A stretch of 64,000 bases of DNA from Clostridia bacterium (GCA_017621525.1 JAGASX010000021.1:51566-115565), one strand, 5' to 3'. Positions 18,680-31,700 are shown, counted from the first letter of the stretch. Notes: generated from the letters alone by a model not told the origin. Made by a program: numbers and translations.

Positions 18680-19054
18680 ATGCTTGATATAAAATCTAAA
18701 CTTGTTTTAAAAATCCTGTTGAAAGAGTGCCCCAATGGTGCCTACAACATTGTAGACGCCAAGGACATTATTTCTGCACTACCGGCAAGGTATAAGGTTG
18801 ACAGCGACGGATTAGATAACATTATGATTTATCTTGAAAGGCAGGAATATATTTCTATAAAATATGATGACGAAGGGGTATACTGCCTTTGCGTTTTACC
18901 TTTTGGCAATGAAGTTTTGGAAGATGAGTTATACAAAAAACGAGAGAAATCATCTTTCCCCCGTCTTTGGATTTTGTTTATTATTGTATTTTGCGGAACT
19001 GTTAGCGCAAACCTTATCTGCTTTTTGTTATGGAGATTTTTGCTTGCACCGTAA
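18680..19054 (+). CDS. Small membrane-tethered wHTH-like protein (paralog B)
   Basis: The start is chosen at ATG 18680 (MLDIKSKLVLKILLKECPNGAYNIVDAKDIISAL…DNIMIYLERQEYISIKY…GVYCLCVLPFGNEVL). C-terminal TM: LWILFIIVFCGTVSANLICFLLW. It has the same architecture as paralog A. The longer track ORF (18506) overlaps paralog A on the opposite strand. Confidence 0.6.
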   Translation: MLDIKSKLVLKILLKECPNGAYNIVDAKDIISALPARYKVDSDGLDNIMIYLERQEYISIKYDDEGVYCLCVLPFGNEVLEDELYKKREKSSFPRLWILFIIVFCGTVSANLICFLLWRFLLAP

Positions 19055-19763
19055 AATCCCTTACAACCATTCCCATATCCATACTGTAAATGCCGTCATC
19101 ACCTACAATGTATGAATCAACAAGCGTTCCGCCCATGTATGTACAAAATTCTTTGATGCTTTTAAATGCCTCAATGTCCTTTGTAGATGGATTGCACCTG
19201 CCTTGCGGGTGGTTGTGTACAATTATAAATTTTTTGGATTTTGAAGAGGATATGAAAAGTGAAATTTTGTTCATATCCACATTTACAAGGTCATCTTTGC
19301 CAGATGCAAGTTCTCTTTTGTTTATAATAGAGCCATTTCTTCCAACCGCAAAGATATACAAATATTCCACATTACGAAATCTTAACATTCCGTCGATATA
19401 ATCATAAAAATCACCTATTCTATCAATTTTGTTGGTAGGATTTATTTTATGTGTGGAATAATAGAGAAAAACTTCTGTTATCATTTTTAATTTTTTGGCA
19501 CTTTCTTCGCCAAGTCCTTTCACCGTTTGCAATTCTTCAACCGATGCGTCAAGAACAGATACAAAATCTCCAAACCGTTCAAGCAGGCGATGTGCAAGGG
19601 GATTTACATCTCCCCTTGGCAATATATAGCATAAAACCATTTCAAGTGCTTGAATTTCATTTAATGCATCAAGCCCTGCCTTGTAGGCAAGATTGAAAAG
19701 TCTTTTTCTATGACCATCGTGCATATTTTTATCACCGCTCTGCTTTGTCGGTTTGTCCATCAT
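19014..19763 (-). CDS. radC: RadC-like JAB (JAMM) domain protein
   Basis: HGHRKRL-type N-terminus, HhH region (LQTVKGLGEESAKKL) and JAMM motif HNHPQGRCNPSTKD. The start at ATG 19763 has AGGAGA 7 nt upstream. The track ORF start at 19904 would overlap the giant gene. Confidence 0.85.
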   Translation of the reverse strand: MMDKPTKQSGDKNMHDGHRKRLFNLAYKAGLDALNEIQALEMVLCYILPRGDVNPLAHRLLERFGDFVSVLDASVEELQTVKGLGEESAKKLKMITEVFLYYSTHKINPTNKIDRIGDFYDYIDGMLRFRNVEYLYIFAVGRNGSIINKRELASGKDDLVNVDMNKISLFISSSKSKKFIIVHNHPQGRCNPSTKDIEAFKSIKEFCTYMGGTLVDSYIVGDDGIYSMDMGMVVRDFTVQAKISITKSR

Positions 19764-19779
19764 AATTTTTCTCCTGAAT

Positions 19780-22700
19780 TTATTTCCAAGCACCTTCGGC
19801 AGGCGTTGGAAGTTGTGTTTCATATCCACCTGAAAGACCAAACATATAGTTGTAAACGTGCTGAACTCTTGACAATTCTTCATCACCACCATATGAACCA
19901 ACAAATATTCTGCTTCCTAAACGAGAGTATGTGGATTCGTCAGTATTGTTGTATTTTACAACTTTAATACAGTAATCGTTTCCTATACCAGTGTAAGTGT
20001 TGTCCCTTGTAGTGTAAAGATAGCCAAAACCTTGTCTTGCCTTTGCACCATTTGTACCGCTGTATGCTGTGCCTGTTGTGGTTTTAACTTCTCCGTTAAA
20101 TCCAACAACCTCACCATTTGTACCGGCAATTGCACCACTGCCCGCTTTACCATATGTGTTGTTGTTTCCATTGTTCTTTAATTTGTCAGTGCCACGATAA
20201 CCACTTCCGCCAGCACCACCATTTCCGCCTTTACCTGCGTAGAGTATGCCCTCATTGGTAAAGCCGAGAGAGTCTGATGAAAGTGAAACTTTTATGCCTG
20301 CACCATTTGTGCCTGCAACGCCCGCCTTACCATCTCTGTTGGCGGTGTTTGTACCATCGTCAATACCGTCTGCGCCTTTCTCACCATTTATTCCGTCAAT
20401 TGCAGTTATCACACCTTTGTTGGTTGATTCTGTCATTGAAGTTGCATTGAAAAGCACTACGCCCTCTTTTTCAAGGCTTTGAACTGATGCGTATGATGTA
20501 AGGTTTGTGATTGCGACTTCGCCATTTGTTGTGTCTGCATCTGCAATAAGTGCAATTTTGCTTGTTGCCTCTTGTGTATCTTCAAGTGCCGAAACCGAGC
20601 CATACAAGTTTACATTAAACAAATCTGTATTGCTTATTTCTTCTGCAACGAAAAGTGAACGATTGTAAGTTTCGCCAAGGAATGAAATGTCCCTAATGAA
20701 TGTGTCGCCCATAACTTGGTTGTAGAAACTATCGCCATAGTATGAAATGTAGTATCCATTTCCTACAATGTTTACAGTGTCTGCTTTGGTAAACCCTGTC
20801 ATGTAGTCTTTGAAAGAAATGTCTGTTGTAAGAATGATAGATTTTGGTTCTACCGTATCGCTAACATTTGGTGTTTCTTTTGCGGTCGCACCTATTTTGT
20901 TTGCATCTTTAACAGTAACGCTTACCTGTATTCTATCATCATTCCCATCACTTGTTCCCTCAGCGAGAATTGCATAGATTCTAAGGTTTTCGGAATCTTC
21001 ATAAATGTATTTTGCCGAGCCATAATCTATATTCATCTTATTCCAATCATCTTTACTGAATGAAAGGTTTACCGATGCCTCTGTTGGGCTGTTAGGGAAG
21101 ATGCAAGTATCCCAAGTGTAAAGATTTCTTTCAATTTCTGTTTGATATGGATATTCCTCACCGTCAAAAGTAAGGGTTGTTGTGCCAATATCTGTAAGTT
21201 TATAGTCAAGTACAAGATATTGAACTTCGCCATTTTGATAGAATCGTACAGAGTTTTGGTAAGTTGTAAATGGAGTAAGCGCATCAATTTTTGCCTTTGA
21301 AATAGAACATTCTTTACCCTCATAGATAAAGTCTATTGACGTTACACTTCCATTTAACCATTGTTCTTTGTAATTGATTACATTCCCGCTTGCATCAGTT
21401 TTAGGGCTTGCATCAACGGCTCCATTTTCTCCTTTGGTGTGTGTATACAATGTTACATCTGTAATATTAGAAGAAGATATTCCGCTTGCGTTGTAACCAA
21501 TGCCTAATACAGGGTTCCCTCCAATGCTGTAAGATGCAAGATAACCTGCTATTGAGCCGTCTTCATTGCGTCTTTCAGACACGTTTTGAGTTACCCAAAC
21601 ATAGTTGTTTCCACTGCTTCCAACTTTGACAACTTGCGATATAAAAGTAATTCCGGCAACAAATGTTCCGTCTGCTGTTTTACCCCAATTGCCTTCAATA
21701 TAGTAGGTGTTTGCAGAATCTTTTGCAACAATGTGGAAAACTTCTTTATCGTCTGCTGTGATTTTGTATACACCAGAAACCTTTGCTTGAACGCGAATTG
21801 TTCCGCTTGGCAAGTTGCTCCATTTTGATGCGTTAAGTGATGGGTTAAGGTGTTCGCCATGAATTACAGTTTCAAACTCTTCTTCGGCAGTAGAGTTGCT
21901 ACCGTAATACAAGCCAACTTTAACATGCGCCAATGTGTTTGTTGCAATTGTGTAACTTGTGATTGACGATGTATAACTTTGCGTTGCACTTACCTGCAAT
22001 GAGCCGTAAGCAACCACAATGCCTGACAATGCATACATTGATGGAAGGTCTGTAATATTTTTTGATGTATCAAAAGTTACAGCCCCACCAGAAATTGTTG
22101 CTTGGGACGCACCCTTGGTGATTTGCCATTGCTTATCAACTGTGAGGTTTAAGGTAAGTCTGCCAGCGTCTGTGGCTTGCGATAGAGGTCCGCTTTCCAT
22201 GCCTGCAAAGTTGTCTGCGTAAGTGATAGTTTTGTGGTCATTTGCAACAAAAGTGAGTGATGAAATGTAAGAATTGATAGCATTTTTAACCGTTGCATCT
22301 TCTGCTGTGAATGTTTCACTTCTAAACACAAGTTTATTGCCCTCTACGCTGACATTCATTGCAACTCCGCCAATTGTAATTGAGGTTGTGCCCAATTTCC
22401 ATTGGTTTGCACTTTGGTCATAACCAAAGATTGCAAGGTCTGATGAATCAACTGCGATAACATCTTCTGTTGGATTGGTAAATGAAACTTGATAGTATTT
22501 ATCGCTTGCGTCTGCGCTTTGTGCGTAAGTGGTAGTTTTTGAAATTGACATTGTTTTACCATAATTTAATGTTGTGCCAACTGTTTTGCTGTCGCGTCCA
22601 TTAAATTCAATGGTTATCTCTCCGCCCTTACCAAATGAAATTGGAACAAAGTAACTATCTTCTGACGCCGTCCTTGCATACATTGTTTTATTGTTGAAAA

Positions 22701-25700
22701 GTGCTTTTATTTGGTTTACTCTGTTTGTAAATGTGCTTTCTGTGCCCAAAGTATTAAAGCCCATTCTGTTTATGTCAAGGTCTGCGTTGTAGTTATCGCC
22801 ATTTTCTGTTGGGTGAAGTTTTGCCTTTGGAATATATACATATTTATTTCCATCAGCAACAAGATAAACAAGTTCTTCATCGTCGTCGCTTGGGTTGTAA
22901 CCATCTTCAAATTTCGTTTTTGAAAGTTTGATGATTGAAACCCCGTCAACGCCTGCAGTGTATTTTAGTGGTGAAGAATTATATGTGCCATCACTTCCAG
23001 CCGTGCTGTAAATTGTATAACCTGTTGTGATTTTTGAAGCCTCGCTGATGCCACTTATTCTTCGTATACCAAGTGAATATTCGTTTGTATAAATGAAGTT
23101 GATTGAAGAGGTATCTATTGTTACATTTTCTATATAGTTTACACTTACAGAAATTGCAAGTTCTCCACCGGTAAGAGGTGCAGTTGAGTACACTGTGTAA
23201 TCAAATTCAATTCCGCTTGCGGTTTTTCTTACGCTGTTGATTTTTGCACCAATATTTTCTGTTGAGTCCTTAAACGTTGCTGAAATTGTGTAGTAATCGG
23301 TATTTGCAAAGTATGGAAGAATTGCTGAAGAATATTTGTTTTTATATTCATAAACACCTGCATTGAATACCGTTGTAAGGTTATCTTTATCTGCAAGGTA
23401 ATATTCTGTGCCTGCAATTTTAATCTCGCTTCGCTCATCACCATTCATCTCGCTTCGAGTGTTTTTCATAATGGTGTTTCCGTTTACGCCAGAACTGATA
23501 GTATTTCCCTCGGCAAATGTAATTCCGCCAACAAATTTTTTGTTTACAGAGTCAAATACTTTGCTGTAATTTTCTTCCGAAGATGCCTTTCTGCTGTATG
23601 CGCCACTTTGAGCCTTTTGATAGTTGTAGGTATAATGTTCTGAAATAGTATGGTAAATGTAACCATCTTTTTCTGACATTTTACCTTTCCACCATTTTGC
23701 ACCAAGTTCACCTGAGAATGACGCAATAACGCCCTCCCATTCACCGCGGTTATAGTCGCAGGTTACTTTGGTTTTGGTTTCAAGCACAAATGCTGTTGGA
23801 ATTTCAAGTTCATCAACCATTGTTACAACAACATTTGGCGTATCTGATGTTGTTGGTGTGATTGGGTCTACCTTGTATTGGAACCAAGAATAGGTGTAAT
23901 TATGGAAGAAAAGTATAAGGTTTTCATACTTGGTTGCAGTTTGCTCGATTGTTGAGTGCACTGTGATTGTAGGAAGAATTTCACTTTCCCAATCCCAATA
24001 GTCAAGCACGGTGCCATTTCCGTTGATTGCACCATTGTTGTAAATAGATGCATTTGATTTTTCGCCATTATAGTTGTTGGCATTTGAAGTTGTATCTGGA
24101 ATTTTTACCATGCTTTCGGCAACGCTTCCAGACTCCAAGTATCCAATACCGTATGCCCAAACATTTCTTGCATTTGTTTGAGTAAGGGTAAGAGAAAGTT
24201 TTGTAACTCTGTTGCCGTTATGGGTGAAGTCATTTTCCCACTTCCAAACAAATGTTGGGTTGTCGCCCAATGCTTCAACAGAGCCTTGGTTATAGCAATT
24301 TGTGATTGTGGTTGTTTTTCCGTATGCTACAAGTCCGCCAGCGTATGCTGTTTTTGTATTTGACTTATTACCCGCTTTAAGCATACCAGAGTTGTAAGAG
24401 TTTTCAATTGTTGAAGTGTCAGTCTTTCCTGCAAGACCGCCAACATAGAACTCGCCAACTGTACCAACCATGCCATTTGAAGAGCCGTAACCATTTGTGA
24501 TTGAGCCGGCATTGAAACTGTAATCAATTGTTGAGTTTACAAGATTTCCTGCAAGACCGCCAATTGAAATTCCACCCTCGGTAGTAGTTGAGCAAGTTGC
24601 ATTTATCACGCCATAGTTTTGGCAATATATAAATGCTGTTGAAGCCGATGCACTGCCAATTAAACCACCAATATTTTGGGTTGTACTGCCTTGAACATTG
24701 ATTTCTGTAAGGTTTGTAACAGCGACAATATCTGCGCCTATTGCTTCGTTTGCAAGTGCACCAATATTTTTTGCTGTTGATGTTTTAATAACGCCAGAAA
24801 GTGTTAAGTTGGATACCGTTGCAATTTGAATTGTATCGGCAAGGATATTTTTAATATCGCTTCCAACATCTGTAAAGCGAACGTTTCTTACCCAAGTTGA
24901 ATCTTTTGAAGTTGAAGTATCGCCGACTGATGTAAACAAATGTTCTTTAAGTGCAGTGATTGTTTTTTCTCTTCCGTCAAATCTGCCTTTAAAGATGTAA
25001 GGTTCAAAACCTTCTGAATTTGCCGTTCTTTGTGTCCAATCTATATCATACAGAAGTGCAAAGTTGCCTGTGATGATTGTGTTTGGTTCTCCCTCTCCCT
25101 GTGGAGCACCAGAAATATTTACCATATTTGCAAGTACGCCTACGTTTGGAAGCATAAAGAATGTATTTTCGCCAATTGTTGCTGGTTTTGTACCATTAGA
25201 CAAACGTGTAAATGTGCCGTCCTCTATGTAAGCGTCATAGCCCTCACCGCGAGTAGCACCCTCTCTTGTTGCCCAAGAAGAGCGTTTTGCATAGCCGTAT
25301 CTTAATGTTGGGTAACCATAGTTGAAATCTTTATCAGCAAGCCATATCTCTTCATTTGCGAATGGGTCTTTTTCGCCAAAGATGTTTGTTGTCATTTGGC
25401 TGTATTTTTTGCCTGATGCCTTATCATCTTCGCCAAGCCCAATATAGTTGAGGCCGTCTATATCATAGAATATGTTTGCAACCTCTTCAGCCGGTTGAGA
25501 ACTTACGCCTTTTACAACATAAACTTCACCAGCCTCGTCAATTTCTTGTGTGAAATCATTGCAATCTACCTTTGAAATTGTATAACAATTTTTGATTACA
25601 GCGTCAAGTGCGCCGTCGGTGATGCCATAAACATTTGCCTTTATCATTGTTTGTATGCTTCCGGCAGAATAGCATCTTTCAATAAGTTTGCTGTTGAAGA

Positions 25701-28700
25701 TGTTTGCATCTTCGGTTGTTGTTTTTGCAATTCCGTAAACACTGCCTGTTTTTGGAGTTCCGTCCCTTACGATACCAGCCCTATAAACAAGGTCTATATC
25801 TGTTGAACAGTCAAAGATTTTGCCTGCAAGAAGTTGACCTACAAGACCAGATTGAATTGGTGTTGATGTTTCGTTAACCCCGCCAAGAGCAAACTCTCCA
25901 TAAACATTGATTGCATAAACGCTTGTGTTATCTTTCATTGTGCCAACCAATGGTGCGTATGCTTTATCATTTTCGCCATTTTCAATTACCATATTTGCGT
26001 TCATTGCAAAACCTGAAATATAACTGAAACCGGCAAGTTCTTTAACATAGCCATAGCAAGAGCCAACATCACTTTCTTGTTGAAGTGTATAGTTGATTGT
26101 ATTTCCATTACCAACAAGTGCAACATTATTAAGTGCAAAGTTTTCTGTGCCCTCATAGTGAAGTGAGCCGTTTGAAATGCTGTTTGCAATTGTATAGTAA
26201 GTTATTCCATTGAACGAAGCAATGTCTTCAACTGCCAACTCGCCATTTGTGCCAACCGGTTGAGGATTAAGTTTGTGTCCTGCAATAGGCTCTTCGGCAA
26301 GTCCAAGTGTGTTTTTGTTTAAAATGCTTGTGCTGTAAGTTGTATTAAGGCTTGTATGTTTGCCGTTATAACCAATGCCAGCAAGTGAATAAGCCTCATC
26401 ATAGCCAATATCCACGCCAAGGTAGTCTGTGCAAAGGGTAACCGCATGGCTGTAATAGTTGAACGCTGTACCCAAAGCATCAATAGCGCCACTGCCATAA
26501 AGTGCGTTTGCACTGCTGTTTATACTGCTATGGCGAGCATTATGATTTGTGGTAAGTGAATAGTTGCCAACAATATCTTCCTTTTCACAAGGTGATGAAA
26601 TGTGTCCAGCAATACCGCCAAATGTGTAAGAATTAAGTGTATTTAATGTATCGCTATATTCAACAAAAACATCTCCATAGTTGTAGTTGTTTTTGATTGA
26701 AACTTTTGCTGTTGTGCCTGTGATTGTATATCTTCCAACACTTCCACCAAAAGTTACATCAGCATTTTGGCTGTTTGTGCCATAAACTTTTAAAGCACCG
26801 CCAAATGATGAGTTTTCAATAGAGAACAATGTGTCATCTCTTGAAGTTGTAAATGAGCCGATTATACCGCCCGCAACAAGTTTTTGTGCGTTTGAGTAAA
26901 TTGCACCATCATAGCGAAGCATTGTGCTTGTATTTTCATTGCCAATGCGTACGTCTGCCATATATGTTGCGTCAGCACTTGATTGTCCATCTATGCAACC
27001 CACCATACCGCCAGCAATTATATCTGCATTGCCAGCAGATTCAATAGCAACTTGTGCACGAGAAAGCACTTTGCCTGTGAGGCGAGTTGTTGTGCTTACA
27101 TAGCCAGAATTGTTAAGGGAAGTTTCATCTTCACGCACAACCCTTTCTGCGTTTGTATAACCAAGAACAGAGCCAAAATATACTTTTGCGCTATCCTGAG
27201 CGACAACGTTGATTGGTTGATTATCTGCGTTAAGATTTGTGTTTGCTGAAAGTCCGCCCTGCATATCAAATGCACCGCCAGCATAACCAACAACAATTCC
27301 GATATAGGTGTTTGCTTTTACATTTACCCCACCAGAAAGCATATAATCATTTTCAAATGTTTCTTGATTTGGTTTTTGTAAAGCGTGAGTTGTGTTGTAC
27401 GCGCCAAGTGTAAGGTTGATTGTATCAAAACTTGAAATTGAAACTTTACCGTCCATTTTTGCAGAGAATCCACCAACAGCAAATTCGCCGTCAACAACTG
27501 AGGTGTCTGCCATAAGCACAACACTTTCTATTTTTGAAGATTGCCCTACAATTGAAAGTGGAGATGCAACTATGCTTCTTCCAATCACGCCACCTGTATA
27601 GAAGTTTGTGAAATGGTTTGCACCGGTAAACAGAAATTCAATTGAAGTGTTGATTTCTTTACCGTCTTGGGTTGCGATTGCTGAAATGCCCTCGGCTTTT
27701 CCTATGTAACCACCAACCATGATGTTTGTTGAAGTAACATCTGTTATACCAACTTGACCATAGTCTTGCGTTGGTGATTCTGTCTTTTTAACAATTTGAG
27801 AAATGTTTACACGCAGGTCTTGCGCTTCGGCAAGTTTTTGAGTTCTGCCAAAGTATCCACCCACATTAACATTATCCACAGCGATGCCAGACATTGAAAT
27901 AAGGTCTGCCTTTGTTTCAATTGTGATACCGCTGATTTGCATGATTGAAATTCTGCTGTCTTGTGCCAAAGTACCTGCAATTAAGCCAACATTTAAAGTC
28001 TTTTCTTCCTCTTCAATTGATGCAGTTGCAACGCCAGTATTTGACGTAACAGACATCATGTATTCTCTTAAAGCGTTTGGAGTGGAAATTTTTATACTTC
28101 TTACGCTTGTGCTTGTAAGTTTTGGCGCAATAAGACCAACATTGGCACTTGCCTCGTTGTTCACCTTAACAACAACTTGGTTGTCAAGAATTAAGTGAAG
28201 GTTTGCAATTGTTGATTCAACCACTTCGCTTTTTATAAACAGGCCGGCTGTACCATCGGTGCCATCAAGTGCAATTGTTGGGGTTGCACCTGTGCCATAA
28301 GACTTATATTGAACTGTAACGCCATCTGTATAGAAACCAGCGCCTGTTGATTTTATAAAGTTTTGAGATGCAATAATTTTTACATCATCTCTGCCATTGC
28401 TTGCAGAAGTTTTGTAAGCACCGCCTTCAAGTCTGCCTGAGAAACTTTCAATAAATATTGGATATTCATTGCCCTTTTCAAAAGCATCTGTACCATACTC
28501 TTTAAAGTATTGGTCAAGGTCTACGTCTGCATATTCTTCGGCACCCTCGCTGACAAGGCCGCGAACGATAACCCTTGTTCCTGTACCGCTCATTTGTCTG
28601 AACACCGATTCTACGTTATAGCAGTCAAGGTAAAGCACGTCTATGCTTCGTTTATACTTAATCTCTGGGAAGAGGTCATTCATTTCATGTCCCCAATTTG

Positions 28701-31700
28701 CATGACTCCAAGAGCCAGAGTTGAGGAAACCCTCTTGGGTGTAAGAATGGCCAACCGCCGAGTTTGTATACTCGCTTGCACGAGTGATAACGTAAATTGT
28801 GTTGTTGCCTCTTAAAGTGTCAAAGGTTGGGTTTGCAGAAGAATCTTGTTTTTCCACAGGGAAAAGGTCCATTTCCACCTGCAATCCGCCAAAGTTATAA
28901 TCTTCATAAACAGCAACAGATGGTATTTCTGCACTTGTAAGTGCGCCACCCTCTTGTTGTTGTTCTTCAAAAGCAATTACAGGAATGACATAGTCTGTAT
29001 ATTCTTGAAGTGTGGTTGTGGTAAGAATTTTATCTATCCATTGTCCACTTTCAAACTTCTTAAATTTACCAACAAGTGAATTGATGCGGAAGTTGTTTGA
29101 TACGTTTGACTGTCCCTCGTTAAGGGAAAGATATGTTTCATTTGCATAATCATAGGTTGTAAAGTAGTTGAACGCGTTTACAGCCATAAGTGCAACGCGA
29201 CTGCCCTCGCCTTTAATTACGCCAATTACACCGCCAGCCATTTCATTTGCCCTAACATCGCCTGTTGCATACACTTCATTGAAGAAGAATTTTGTAAACA
29301 CAGGGTCAAGGCAAAGATTGCTGTCGCCTTGGTAGGTGCTTGCTGATGAAAGTTCCATTCCGCCAACAACGCCACCTGCAAATTGTGCGTTTGGAGAGGT
29401 TGTGTTAAGTTTTGAGTATGAAATTTCCATACTGCCAGAGCCAATATAGCCCACCAAACCGCCAATATATTCTTGGGTGTAATTTGTACCTTTTATATAG
29501 AAAAGGTCAAGAATACCACGCTCTACGGCAGAATCTCCGCCATAGTAGTTTGACATATTGTCCTCAATTTTGTCTTGGACTTCCTCTTCATGAGAGGCAA
29601 ATGTTCTGCTGATTGCACCAAAACTTTGTCCTGCAATTCCGCCCGCAAAATATTTTGTGGAAAGAATGTGAGAGTTGTTTGTGGTGCTGTTTCCAGCAAC
29701 AACAAGGCCTACGTCGCGAATGTTTGTTTGATAACCGATAAGTCCAAACACGCCACCAACAACTTGACCTTGAATGTCAACTTCTCCCGTTACGCGAACG
29801 TTGTTGATTGAGAAATTATCCTTTTGTGCAAAATCGTATTCTGTAAGGTCAAAAGCATAATTATCAACAAAGCCCATCATACCACCAGCATAAGAAAGAT
29901 TGCTGATTGAAGAGAAGAAGTAAGAATCTTTGGTTGTGTTGTAGTTGAGGTTGTTTTTAAGGTTTGTCCTGAATGTTTTGATTGAATCTGTTGTAAAGTA
30001 ATCGTTTGTTGTATCTATTGAATATCTGTCTGCAACAATTGTTGGATTTTGAATAACAATGTTTTTAAGCACATTATTGCCAAAGCCAAGTCCGGCAAGA
30101 CCGCCTGCAAAGTTGAGGCCTTTAACTGACGCGTCATCGCCAAATGCAATTTGAATGTTTATAAGTTTTGCATCTTTAATATATCCGGCAAGACCACCAA
30201 CAAGTGCAGTATCGCCTGCAATAACCTGTTGAATTTGAAGATTTATATTTGTGATGATTGGGTTGTGTTTGCCCTTTGGCTGAATTGATGCGAAAAGGCC
30301 AAATGCAACGTCTGTTTCATCACTTGTCATTGAAATGCCGGAAATTGTAAAGCCGTTTCCGTAAAGTGCACCCGCAAATGATTTGTTTGAAGATGGCAGA
30401 TATACGGTGTTATCGCCTGTGGCAATTGCGCCAAGGTCGATATTATTTACAAGGCGATAGTTGCCCCAAATGCTTATGCCATTGAAATGTTCTTTAATAT
30501 ATGATGACTGTGAAAGTCCGGTTACATCAAGCAGATCTTGTGCGTTAAGGATAAGAATTGGGTTGTATTCTCCACCCAATGCGGTGTTTATTTCTGTTGC
30601 ACTATCCACAAATATAAGTGTTGCGTAAGGAAGAATATATTTTCCCTCATCATCTTCTGCGGTAATACCCTCATAAGTGTCAGCAACGCGTTGAATATAT
30701 CTGTGAGAAATTGAGACGTTGTTTGCTTCAATAAGGGAAATACCATTTTCAGCGTCAACCTTCCAAATTCCGTCGCTTTCGCCGTCAGCGATTGCAAAAC
30801 CATAGAAGTATGATGCATTGTTTGGCTCTGGAATAAGAAGTGCACCGGTATTATATCTTGATTCTGTTGTAGAGTCGTTGATTTCATCAATCGATTCATA
30901 CGCTTTATTAAAGAAATAGCAGTTTAAGTATGTTCCACTTTTCAAAAGTTCACCCTCGGCACTTACGCCAGAGAAGTTCATTTGTGTGAAGTTGGAATTT
31001 AAAATTTGTGATGCTGAATAGCAGTTTTCGCAAGTACCCTCATTTTCATAAACAAAACCAGATGCAAGGTATACCTTGTTTGCTTCGTGAGAGTTTGCAA
31101 TAAGAATATTTGAGTAAGAGTCTTTCATTACACCGCTGTTGTTGTATGCAAAGCCGGCAATATAGCCCATTTGTGATTTGATTGAAGAGCCCTCTTTTGC
31201 AAATGCAGAATATTCTTCACCAAGTTTATGTTCATCACTTGGTGCACCTTCAACATAACTTGTAAGAATTGAAGATGAGTTTTTGCCAACAAAACCAGCA
31301 ACATAGAATTTTGTTGAGTTGGATTTGTTTTCCATATCCACATTCTTAACAAATGATGATGCAACATATCCGCCAGAGTTTGTAAGTACAAAGCCTGCGA
31401 TATTGCCCTGTCCAATTATATTGAATGTGTCAAGTTGTTGTGTGCTTGCATAGGTGTATCCGCTTACCTTTTCATTGATAAGTTTATCATCACCCATAAC
31501 TGTGATTGTTTCACCGCCTACGCGAGAATTGGTTATGCTTCCGTAGTTTGTAAGTACAAAACCGGCAATGTCGCTTGACCAATCCATATTTCCGTCATGG
31601 AATACTTGCTCTGTTGTGTTGGTGCCTGTAAGGTAAGTTACATTAAAGCCTGTTGGATTTGAATGTTTAATGCAAGCCTCCTCGGCAACAACTTCGCCCA

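Noticed and set aside
19783-19830. C-terminal LPTPAEG as an LPXTG sortase signal on the giant protein
   Set aside because: The motif does not match LPXTG at position 5. It is followed by only AWK-stop, with no hydrophobic segment or basic tail.
20020-20400. Collagen-like triple-helix repeat in the Gly-rich C-terminus
   Set aside because: G-X-Y periodicity holds for only a few triplets at a time and is interrupted by GG and GxG runs. I describe it as generically glycine-rich instead.
19014-20400. Polymorphic-toxin reading: giant protein with a C-terminal toxin plus a downstream immunity gene
   Set aside because: No recognisable toxin motif or pre-toxin domain (for example an HNH, deaminase or nuclease signature) is seen at the tip. 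The downstream gene is a RadC/JAB protein rather than a small immunity-like protein. This stays untested rather than supported.
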